Origin: a bacterium
GTDB taxonomy: Bacteria > Zhuqueibacterota > Zhuqueibacteria > Residuimicrobiales > Krinioviventaceae
Direction of reading: 5' to 3'
Assembly: GCA_963693055.1 (NCBI GenBank)
Contig: OY843751.1
Location: 5,664,001 to 5,728,000 of the forward strand
DNA: 64,000 nucleotides
Shown: positions 30,463 through 39,354 of the stretch, one piece after another
Numbering within the stretch: position 1 is the first letter of the stretch
Layout: each line of letters begins with the position of its first letter
The notes under the pieces: generated by a model
Told to the model about the DNA's origin: nothing
The model's input: the letters and a program-made list of their open reading frames with translations, nothing else
The model's database searches: none
Program-made: the position numbers and the translations under genes

Positions 30463-31806
30463 ATGAATACTTATCAAGCCGGAAAAAGCTTCGAAGATAA
30501 ATTTTATGAATTAATTAGAGATGAACTTGAAAATGAAAGATTACCATTCAAATCTAAATATTGTAAATTATATAAACAAAAAGGTTATTATTCTAAAGAT
30601 AGAGAATCTGAAATAAAAATAGATATCTCTATTGAAATAAACTTTCCCAACCAATTATTTTTATTAGTTGCTTTCGAATGTAAAAATTATAATCATAGAA
30701 TACCAGTAAACGACATTGAAGAATTCGATTCTAAATTAAGACAAATTGAAGGTTTAAATGTAAAGGGGATTTTTGTATCATCAAGTAGCTTTCAAAAAGG
30801 TGCATATAACTTTGCAAAAAACAAAAGAATAGGCTTAATTAGATTATTAAATGATAATAAATTAAAATGGGAATTAAGCAGAACAGTTTCTTTATTTACT
30901 AATGAGAAAGCAAACATAAATTATGAACATATTGAAGAAATATTAACTACTGATGAATTCATTCATGACTATATAAATTTTTATGCAATTTGGGATAAAC
31001 AATATTCAATTAATTTCAATCATTACCTATTTACATTAATAAAAGATAGTATACCCAAAAATTTCTTTTCTCTTCACAAGGAAATAAAAAATAAAAATAC
31101 AACAAACGGAACTGTCCCTTTTATCCCTGAAGAAGACATTGAAAATGAAACTTTAAAAATACTGAAAGGAATTGATTATAACGGTTCGGCAGTCTCTCTG
31201 GATACAATTTGTGAAAATTTGATCAAAGACAATAGACTTAATTTTTACTATAAAGACTCGATTGGTCATGATCATCTTGGTTATGAGATACTAGGTAAAA
31301 TCTCTTTCGATCCAACAGAAATAATAATAGCAAAAGATATACAAAGTAGTTCATTCAGGCAAAGATTTACAATTGCACATGAATTAGGACATTTTTTTTT
31401 ACTCCATAATAAGTTCATAAAAAATGAATACTATTCCGAAATTGATTATAAAAATAATGAAGAATATCTAATTCCAAATTCAAACATTAAAAAACTTGAA
31501 ACTCAAGCTAATATATTTGCTAGTCAATTGCTAATGCCAAAATTACATTTTATTAAAAAATTCTTTGAGTTACTCAAGAAAGAAAATATGAAAAATCGTG
31601 GTTTTGGATTTTTATATGTAGACAACCAACAAGGTAATTATAATAAATTCCTTATAATTACCAACTCATTAAGAAATCACTTTTATGTATCAAGGAAGGC
31701 TGTTATTATTAGACTAAAAGAGCTTAATTTGATAAATGAAGAAAGTGATAATAATTTAAATATCTCTTTAAGGCAAACTAAAAATAAAATTAATGACTGG
31801 TTTTAA
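30463..31806 (+). CDS. Mrr-like PD-(D/E)xK restriction endonuclease fused to ImmA/IrrE (M78) metallopeptidase
   Basis: N-terminal GKSFE...EIKIDI...FECKNY...GIFVSSSSFQKGA. C-terminal RQRFTIAHELGH...ETQANIFASQLLMP. Visibly AT-rich. Confidence 0.85.
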   Translation: MNTYQAGKSFEDKFYELIRDELENERLPFKSKYCKLYKQKGYYSKDRESEIKIDISIEINFPNQLFLLVAFECKNYNHRIPVNDIEEFDSKLRQIEGLNVKGIFVSSSSFQKGAYNFAKNKRIGLIRLLNDNKLKWELSRTVSLFTNEKANINYEHIEEILTTDEFIHDYINFYAIWDKQYSINFNHYLFTLIKDSIPKNFFSLHKEIKNKNTTNGTVPFIPEEDIENETLKILKGIDYNGSAVSLDTICENLIKDNRLNFYYKDSIGHDHLGYEILGKISFDPTEIIIAKDIQSSSFRQRFTIAHELGHFFLLHNKFIKNEYYSEIDYKNNEEYLIPNSNIKKLETQANIFASQLLMPKLHFIKKFFELLKKENMKNRGFGFLYVDNQQGNYNKFLIITNSLRNHFYVSRKAVIIRLKELNLINEESDNNLNISLRQTKNKINDWF

Positions 31807-31977
31807 ACAACAAATACCTTATAATATAAAAAACAAAACATCCATGTTTAAATTTGAGAAATTTTTGTATTTTCTGGAGTACAAAGTCAAGTTGTTTTAT
31901 TCAATGTTCAAATTTGAATTTAATAAAAATATAAATCAAAAAACATCAATAATCATTTTCGTTTTTTCATGCAAAAC

Positions 31978-34728
31978 TCAGTTAACCTCAAACTCGTACA
32001 CGCCGCTGCCTATCTCAAACACGCGATATTCATCATCTTTACCAACAAATGTAACTCCTTTGACGGTATCTGCAGGCTTTCCGCTTTCAAAGATGGTTGA
32101 TCCCGCTTCTGCCGGTATATAAACTTCGGCAGTTGCACCAAAAGGTACCCGTACATGGTGACGATAGCCCTTTTCAGTAATATGCCATTCCGATTCCACC
32201 AATCCCCGTAAAGTCCGTGTAGAGGCTTGTACATAATCCAACCCCTCTGCAAGATAGGGTTTTATAACAAAGCGCTCATACGCGGGAAATTCTTCATCCA
32301 GTTGAATGCCCGCAAGGAATTTGTAAAACCAGGCATCTATGCTGCCCATCATAACATGATTATGGGATTGCTTGAGCGTCCAGAATTCACACATGGTGTT
32401 ATATTTTTGCATCATCTCTGCCCAACTTGGATAAGTAGTCTGAGTGATCAATTTATACGCAACATCAAAACGATTAAATTCCGCAAGCGCATCAAACATA
32501 TATTTTGTACCCAACACACCGGTTGTAAGGTGAACATTGTTCTTTTCAACAATATCCGAGACCAGATTATTTAGGACCTGTTGCTGGTTCTGTTCAGGCA
32601 CTATTCCCAGCAACAATGGAAAGGAATTTGCCATTTGGCTGCCATCATTGTAATTGCCGGTTTTTGGATCAAAATAAGCATTGTTGTAGGCTTTTTTGAT
32701 TTGATCGGCCAGATCATCGAACCACTGTGCGTCCGCGTCTTTGCCAAGGATTGCCGCGGTTTTGGACAGTATCACTGCATTCAAATAATAAAACGCAGTG
32801 GGTACAGATTCCGGTTCCCCTTCATGCCAACCTTCTACCATACTGCCCCAGTCACCAATCCAGCCCATTGGCGCAATATAGTCAGTAGATATGGTATCCA
32901 GAAATTGCATATAACGGACCATAGCATCGTAATGCTCTGCCAGGATGCGCGAATCTCCATAATAGCGATAATATTGCCACAACATTAAAATATAGGTACT
33001 GCTCCACTCTATGCCTTCATCCCAAATATAGGGCCGCGGAGAGATAATGGGAATGTCACCCGTTTTTTCATTCTGGTTACCACGTATACCACTAAACCAG
33101 TTATCAAAATACAATGTCATATCATAATTAAACATGGCTTCTTCTGCAGTGACCTGGGCATCGCCAAACCAACCGAGCCGTTCATCGCGTTGGGGACAGT
33201 CCATAGGATACCCGATCATATTACTGCGCTGAGACCACACTGTTGCGTTATGGATCTTGTTGATGAGCTCGTTACTGCACTCGAATGAACCAGCGAGCTC
33301 ATTGTCCGTGTGCACAACTTGTCCCAAAACCGATTCGATTTCAGGGAGCCTGGGTTCTGCCGTTATCTCTACAAATTGAAATCCAAAATAAGAGAACCGG
33401 GTTTCATAAACCTCTTTGGCGCCACCCTTGAGCGTATAATAGGCAACCGCATCGGCATGCTCGTTACTGGTTATATTTAATGTGCTGTCATCATAAACTT
33501 CTTCTGCAAAACGGATTTGGATGGTTGTGCCTTTTTCGCCTTTTAACGCAACTTTTGCCCAGCCGGTAAAATTCTGTCCCATATCATACATCATTACGCC
33601 GGGTTCAACCTCCCAGCTTTTGACAGGTTGCCGGGATTCCACAACACGCATGGGAGGCATGCGGTGAGACAGTAATTTTCCACCCGGCTCTTCAACCCGG
33701 TTAACAGATTGCCACGCAGAGTCATCAAATCCGGTTTCGGCCCAGCCGGGTTGCTCCAAAGTGGCATCGTAACGCTCACCATCATAGATACAGTTAAAAG
33801 TAATGGGGCCCGGTGCGGTCTTCCAGTTTTTATCGGTAATAAAGACTTTTTCTGATCCATCAGTAAATTGAATGTGCATTTGCAGCAGCGCGCGTTTAGC
33901 ACCAAACCACTGCATACGGTAATCTTGCCACCATTCTTTATAGGGATTAAACCAGCCGTTACCCAGGTGCATACCCACAGCATTATCGCCTTTTTTCAGC
34001 ATATCGGTAACATCATAGGTATCGTACAGCACTTGTTTACGGTAATTGGTTTTAGCCGGTGCCATAACCCGGTCTCCTACCCGGTCACCATTGATATATA
34101 ATTCATAAAATCCGAGACCAGTTACAAAAACTCTGGCAGATTCGATTGCTTTATCACATGTTAACTCGTTACGCATCAGAACCGAGCGACCGTTGTGAAT
34201 GACCGTATCCTCAAGCGTATACTGTTCATCCCGGTGCATAAAAAATCCCTTTTCGGTGCGCGGCTCGGTTTCCGGCCCTGCGCCTATCCATTGAGCGGAC
34301 CAGTCCGATTCATCCAGTAATGTTGTTGTAAATGTAGCAATATCGCTGGTTACAGCCTTGCCGTCTTTGTCCCAAACCGTCACCTGCCAGTAATAGGTTG
34401 TATTGCTTTTGAGCGCTTTACCGGCATAGACATGATGCAGTGTTTGGGAGGATTCGAGCTTGCCGGTATCCCACAGATCGGGATTGCCGGACTTTATCAG
34501 ATCCTCAGATGTTGCCATTTGGAGTTGATAGGCGGATTGGGTTTGCCCACGTTCAGTGGTTTCCATCACCCACGAAAATCGGGGCTGTTTCAGATCCATA
34601 TCAATAGGAGATTCCGCATACTCGCACAACAGCCGGTCAAATTGTAATGTCTTGACCTGACCGCAATGGATATTCAAAAATAATACAATGATGCTGGAAA
34701 TTACAACAAAAATGGATTTCAATTTCAT
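31978..34728 (-). CDS. GH78 alpha-L-rhamnosidase (lipoprotein)
   Basis: PRFSW, GLGFYELYING, DMGQNFTGW, DCPQRDERLGWFGD and SHNHVMMG. Confidence 0.92.
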   Translation of the reverse strand: MKLKSIFVVISSIIVLFLNIHCGQVKTLQFDRLLCEYAESPIDMDLKQPRFSWVMETTERGQTQSAYQLQMATSEDLIKSGNPDLWDTGKLESSQTLHHVYAGKALKSNTTYYWQVTVWDKDGKAVTSDIATFTTTLLDESDWSAQWIGAGPETEPRTEKGFFMHRDEQYTLEDTVIHNGRSVLMRNELTCDKAIESARVFVTGLGFYELYINGDRVGDRVMAPAKTNYRKQVLYDTYDVTDMLKKGDNAVGMHLGNGWFNPYKEWWQDYRMQWFGAKRALLQMHIQFTDGSEKVFITDKNWKTAPGPITFNCIYDGERYDATLEQPGWAETGFDDSAWQSVNRVEEPGGKLLSHRMPPMRVVESRQPVKSWEVEPGVMMYDMGQNFTGWAKVALKGEKGTTIQIRFAEEVYDDSTLNITSNEHADAVAYYTLKGGAKEVYETRFSYFGFQFVEITAEPRLPEIESVLGQVVHTDNELAGSFECSNELINKIHNATVWSQRSNMIGYPMDCPQRDERLGWFGDAQVTAEEAMFNYDMTLYFDNWFSGIRGNQNEKTGDIPIISPRPYIWDEGIEWSSTYILMLWQYYRYYGDSRILAEHYDAMVRYMQFLDTISTDYIAPMGWIGDWGSMVEGWHEGEPESVPTAFYYLNAVILSKTAAILGKDADAQWFDDLADQIKKAYNNAYFDPKTGNYNDGSQMANSFPLLLGIVPEQNQQQVLNNLVSDIVEKNNVHLTTGVLGTKYMFDALAEFNRFDVAYKLITQTTYPSWAEMMQKYNTMCEFWTLKQSHNHVMMGSIDAWFYKFLAGIQLDEEFPAYERFVIKPYLAEGLDYVQASTRTLRGLVESEWHITEKGYRHHVRVPFGATAEVYIPAEAGSTIFESGKPADTVKGVTFVGKDDEYRVFEIGSGVYEFEVN

Positions 34729-34997
34729 ACCACTGCCTCTGAATATTTTATATAAGGGATTTCATAATGATATGCAAGAATTTCTAAAAATTCAACCAAA
34801 AACATTTAAATTTTAATCGTCATTTGCAGCTAATGGAAATATTTTGTTCAAGAATTCATGTTTAATAATTCGACAATGCTAACATAATATCAGGAATACA
34901 TTGATTATTACAAAAAACTAGATAAATTAGGTCAATTGATTCTTAATCACTTTGATCTACCTTGAAAATTGTTATACATACTACAAAGCAGTCCATT

Positions 34998-36404
34998 ATG
35001 AAAATGAATTTTAAAATTCTTCTCCTCAAAACAGTCTTGATAATGTTTATCTCTCTTTTCTTTTCCCAAGCCAGCATGTCCCAAACAACCACGAAAAAAG
35101 TAACGCAAGACTCTGTTCAAACAATTCAGGATATCTATTTACATACACGGGGCTTACAATACGATAAAAAAGACGGCGACGAAACATTTAGAAAAATTGC
35201 AAATAGTGCATTGTTTCTTCCCCGAATATGCATTGATGGATTACTGTATTCATTCGGAAGCGGTGCAAACTATGTTGAAGAATCGAATATTATTTTAAGA
35301 GCAGAAAATTTTCTCTATTTCTACAATAAAACGCTGGGTTGGTATCCCAAAATAAAATATTCATCAGATTACAAGCTGGCAGTGGGCGCGGCTGTTTTCT
35401 ACAAGCATTCCAACATGAAATACAGTATTGGTGCCTATTATGCAAACCGGAATTATTGGGATGCAAAAATCAGCTCTGTATATATTTTTCGCAACAACGG
35501 CGTCCTCTATAATATCAATCTTTCAGGACAAACCGGTGCGATTGAAGAAATGAAATTCTATGGCTATGGACACAATCCTTTACAGGATTCCCGTAATGCA
35601 ATTCTAAACCCCAATAAAAAATATGGCACTTTTAATCAGGAACGTTCAAAAATTCAACTGGTAACCGGCGCCCAAATCTCGTCACTATGGGAGTTCTTTT
35701 ATACAGCGTTCTATTCAAAACGTAAATTATTAATTCCTGATCCAAACAAAACAAATACTCTTGTGAATGTTTTTGATCTGGAAACACTACCTGGCATCAT
35801 TAATCAATCCAATCTTGAAACCGAGCAACTGTACAATGAATTCTCGTGCCGGTTCGATACCCGCTCGAACGTTAAAGAGTTATCACCCGGTATAAGACTA
35901 GAGGGGTATTGGGGATACGCAACGGGCATGAACATGGATAAAAGCCAATTCATAAGGACCGGGTTTGATGCCGCGTTTTACATACCCGTTATTCTGCGAA
36001 ATCGATTGATTGTACCTCGTATTCTGTTCGACAGCGTTCATAATCAAAACGAAAATTTTGCAATTCCCTTTACCGAATACATGCGCCAACCAGCTTTTCG
36101 AGGTGTATCAAGCCGACATCTGCTTAGAACAGACAATTATTCCATGGTCACGTCTTTGGAATATCAATGGCCGCTCACACAGCATTTTCGCGGACATATC
36201 TTTTATGATATGCTGCTTGTATCGCAGGAATTGAAAAGCTTGACTCTGCATCAAAATCCCTATGCAATAGGTATCGGTTTTGACTTGAACCAGTCACACA
36301 GTGAAATTTCAAGAGTATCATTAACTACCGGTAGTGAAGGATTTAGATTCATCCTGACAATGGGATTATCTGAAACCAATAGTTATAGAAGTAATTGGAA
36401 ATAA
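34998..36404 (+). CDS. Omp85/BamA-TamA-like outer-membrane beta-barrel lacking obvious POTRA domains
   Basis: Signal peptide, amphipathic strands, RFDTR, FYGYG, and loop-6-like AFRGV...SLEYQWPL...IFYD...AIGIGF. Confidence 0.65.
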   Translation: MKMNFKILLLKTVLIMFISLFFSQASMSQTTTKKVTQDSVQTIQDIYLHTRGLQYDKKDGDETFRKIANSALFLPRICIDGLLYSFGSGANYVEESNIILRAENFLYFYNKTLGWYPKIKYSSDYKLAVGAAVFYKHSNMKYSIGAYYANRNYWDAKISSVYIFRNNGVLYNINLSGQTGAIEEMKFYGYGHNPLQDSRNAILNPNKKYGTFNQERSKIQLVTGAQISSLWEFFYTAFYSKRKLLIPDPNKTNTLVNVFDLETLPGIINQSNLETEQLYNEFSCRFDTRSNVKELSPGIRLEGYWGYATGMNMDKSQFIRTGFDAAFYIPVILRNRLIVPRILFDSVHNQNENFAIPFTEYMRQPAFRGVSSRHLLRTDNYSMVTSLEYQWPLTQHFRGHIFYDMLLVSQELKSLTLHQNPYAIGIGFDLNQSHSEISRVSLTTGSEGFRFILTMGLSETNSYRSNWK

Positions 36405-36408
36405 TACA

Positions 36409-38049
36409 ATGATAAAAATAAACAGACCCGGACAATCCCATAAACACACATTGAAATCCATACTCTTTTTCGGATTTTTAATATACATCCTTTCTCTCGG
36501 TTGTTCCTCCCGACTTGGCAAATTTAAAGATGCACCTTTAATAACAACCGCAAACGATAAAAAACCGGTGCCTGTACCCAAATCCAGCAATTATGAAAAA
36601 TTATTCTATACCTATGATGTGCTGTTTAGAAATCCTATGGTCAACACATTGGATGTTTCAAAAATACCTCCCGCAATGGATGTTAACGCGGTGGATAATG
36701 TTATCACCTCCAGTTGGTACACACCGCGCCTGGGATTCAGAGACATATCCTCAAAAGAATTGTTACACGGTTTGGAAGAAATTGGGCCGCCCCAAAAGCC
36801 CTTTTATGTGAGTAAAGCCAAAAAAGGTGGTGGAAATCCGGGGTTCATCATCAAAGACAGCAGGGGTAAATCATATCTGCTGAAATTTGATCCCCCGGAA
36901 TTCCCAGGTATTGAAACCACAACGGATCTGATTGTGAGCCGCCTGTTTTGGGGATTTGGATATAATGTTCCCGAAGATTATTTGATCTATTTCAACAAGA
37001 ATGATTTGTTAATAGATGATAAAAGTGAACTTTCAATAAACGATTTAACAGACGTATTACACCAGGTTGCCGAACCCATAGACAATGTGTATCGCGCGAC
37101 TGCCAGCCTGTGGTTGCAGGGCATTTTTCTGGGCCCCATACCGGCAAAAGGGATCCGAAAAGACGATTTGAACGATCGCATCCCGCATGAAAACCTTCGC
37201 ATCCTTAGAGCATTAAAAGTCTTTTGTTCATTTGTGAACCATAGCGACATTCGAATTGACAACAGTGCAGATATCTATACCGGAGAACCCGGTAAAGGTC
37301 ATGTTGAACATTACCTACTGGATTTTGGAGAAGCCTTTGGCGGACATGGTGCGGAGCATGATTACAAATGGGATGGGTTTGAACATTATTTCAGTTACAG
37401 TTCTGCCTTTAACAATTTTATAGCAGCAGGATTAAAAATACATAATTGGGAGAAACTGGAATATACTCCCTGGAAATCTGTGGGTGCCTTTGAGGCAGAC
37501 AAATTTAATCCCGGTGAGTGGAAAGAAGTATACCCCTACCTGCCAATTCGATCCAGTCAACCCGCGGATGATTACTGGGCGGCAAAAATTCTGGCCGCTT
37601 TAACTGATGAGCATATTACCGCGTTGGTCAAAGCCGCTGATTATCCCGAACCGGACGCAGAAGCCTATATGATCAAAACCCTGATCCAACGCAGGGACAA
37701 GGCATTGACATATTTTATGAGCGAGGTAACGCCTATAGAATTTGAATCTGGAAATGAGAGCGAACTGGCCTTTGTTGATAATGAAAATTTACTGTTAGAC
37801 CGTGACAGTGATAAAATAGATTATCAAATAGAGTTGTTAAATCCGCAGGGCGAAAAGATCAAATCGCTTACCTGGCGTAAAACAGACGACAAGCGCATAG
37901 TCATCTCACTTGACAAGGACATAAACGCAAACCGTTATTCAATCGTCCGGATTGCGAAAGTAAAAAACTCTCATATTGCACCCTCTGCCGCAGAGTTTCA
38001 TTTTGTTGTAAACAATAATATAATCAACCTGGTGGGTGTAGTACATTAA
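36409..38049 (+). CDS. Lipoprotein with protein-kinase-like (HipA/PI4K/CotH-like) fold
   Basis: Lipobox LSLG-C; Gly loop KGGGNPG, YLLKFD, helix-C Glu (GIET), catalytic DIRIDN, LLDFG. Confidence 0.7.
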   Translation: MIKINRPGQSHKHTLKSILFFGFLIYILSLGCSSRLGKFKDAPLITTANDKKPVPVPKSSNYEKLFYTYDVLFRNPMVNTLDVSKIPPAMDVNAVDNVITSSWYTPRLGFRDISSKELLHGLEEIGPPQKPFYVSKAKKGGGNPGFIIKDSRGKSYLLKFDPPEFPGIETTTDLIVSRLFWGFGYNVPEDYLIYFNKNDLLIDDKSELSINDLTDVLHQVAEPIDNVYRATASLWLQGIFLGPIPAKGIRKDDLNDRIPHENLRILRALKVFCSFVNHSDIRIDNSADIYTGEPGKGHVEHYLLDFGEAFGGHGAEHDYKWDGFEHYFSYSSAFNNFIAAGLKIHNWEKLEYTPWKSVGAFEADKFNPGEWKEVYPYLPIRSSQPADDYWAAKILAALTDEHITALVKAADYPEPDAEAYMIKTLIQRRDKALTYFMSEVTPIEFESGNESELAFVDNENLLLDRDSDKIDYQIELLNPQGEKIKSLTWRKTDDKRIVISLDKDINANRYSIVRIAKVKNSHIAPSAAEFHFVVNNNIINLVGVVH

Positions 38050-38162
38050 ATCCCTGCTGAAATCCTAAAAATAACAAAATGATCAACAACTCTTCGATTC
38101 CAGTCAAAGATCGCCCACGAAACACACGAATAAACACAAAATCTTCTCCGTCCCAAATTCCG

Positions 38163-38436
38163 CAGACTGTGTGAAAATGAATCATATTAATAAAATATAG
38201 CGTTTTTTTGAAATTTACTATAAATAAGGTGGAGTGCATTACTTTTAAGGAATGTGGGCCGTCGAAGACGGCCTTGACAAGATTGTATATTTATAAAAAT
38301 ATTGAACTTATAATGACACTGAAATTACTTGATATTTGAGAATAAAAGCAGTTTTTTTTCGGACCTTTGGTCCGACGCTTCGCATAAACGCGATGCACTC
38401 CAAAAACACTATTTTTTCAAATTTTCACACAGTCTA
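38163..38436. mobile_element. MITE-like element with 15-bp terminal inverted repeats and 4-bp target duplication
   Basis: AGACTGTGTGAAAAT (38164-38178) and ATTTTCACACAGTCT (38421-38435). TCCG duplicated at 38159-38162 and 38437-38440. Confidence 0.7.
38230..38402 (-). repeat. 173-bp REPIN-like structured repeat, copy 1
   Basis: TGGAGTGCAT...ATGCACTCCA ends with four internal hairpins; homologous to 54860-56373 once the IS is removed. Confidence 0.75.
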
Positions 38437-38848
38437 TCCGATTTGGGACGGAACGATGGTGCGAAGCTCTGCTTTGCAAAAATTTATAAATTAATTATTT
38501 GTATTTTACACAGTTATCTCCAAGCACAGCTTGGAGCCAACTTTCCTTCCCAAATAAAATTTGGTTAGGAGATTATATGGTTTTTCAACTGTCACCTGAA
38601 GGATACATTTTAGCATACAGTAACATTTCGAGTTACCTCCGGGAGGGGTGTCCAAATTTTGTGCTTCGTGGGCAAAACCCCAACCAAGGGCATCTATTTC
38701 AGTAGATATAAAATCAGATTCCCCATACCCAAAAATATTAACTCTAAATTATACATGAATAAATCAAAAACTCCAAATTTCTGATATATCATATGATGGA
38801 TTGGAGTAAAAAAGAGCACATCCCCTTTTAATTGCCAGACATCAGGAA

Positions 38849-39247
38849 TTACATCAGCCTTTCTTTAAATTCCTCCGGCACTTTGGTGACCTTGCCGCTT
38901 GCATCAGCGAATCCAAAGCTTACAGTTGCCAGGGCCACTAGCTGACCGGTCGATTTATTATTGACCTCATACTCGAGGGTAAAGCCCACCCGGCGCCATT
39001 CAGTAAACTCGGCTATCAGTTCTATTTCATTATCCACAAAACAGGGGGACTTGTATTGAATATCCACCCGTGTAACAAAGGGTGTTACACCCCAATCGTG
39101 AAATTTCTGAAAAGAAAGTCCTGCCTGGTTCATATATTGGCAGCGTGCGTATTCAAGGTATTGCAAATAGACAGCATTATTGACATGTCCAAACGAGTCC
39201 AGTTCGTAACTGCGGACCACAAGCGTAGCGATATATTTCTTTGACAT
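38849..39247 (-). CDS. Acyl-CoA thioesterase (YbgC/FadM hot-dog fold)
   Basis: VRSYELDSFGHVNNAVYLQYLEYAR. Confidence 0.9.
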   Translation of the reverse strand: MSKKYIATLVVRSYELDSFGHVNNAVYLQYLEYARCQYMNQAGLSFQKFHDWGVTPFVTRVDIQYKSPCFVDNEIELIAEFTEWRRVGFTLEYEVNNKSTGQLVALATVSFGFADASGKVTKVPEEFKERLM

Positions 39248-39274
39248 TGATATTTCCTGTATGTTCTTGTAAAC

Positions 39275-39343
39275 CTCCGGTAGGTCAAGACCGACCGGAG
39301 TGGATTGTTCAATCGTCCCGAGGGGCTAATAGCCCTCGGAACG
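39275..39343. repeat. Two adjacent GC-rich hairpins (REP-like or terminator)
   Basis: CTCCGGTaGGTC-aa-GACCgACCGGAG and CGTcCCGAGGgGCTA-a-TAGCCCTCGGaACG. Confidence 0.5.
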
Positions 39344-39354
39344 TTAATAAAAAA

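Noticed and set aside
31793-32122. 109-aa ORF after the Mrr-ImmA gene as a partner gene
   Set aside because: Low-complexity AT-rich translation that overlaps the antisense GH78 end. The repeated SMFKFE only reflects a short DNA duplication (ATGTTyAAATTTGA).
38050-38848. CRISPR array or small ORFs in the long intergenic region
   Set aside because: No regularly spaced direct repeats. The short ORFs overlap palindromic elements and lack protein-like features.
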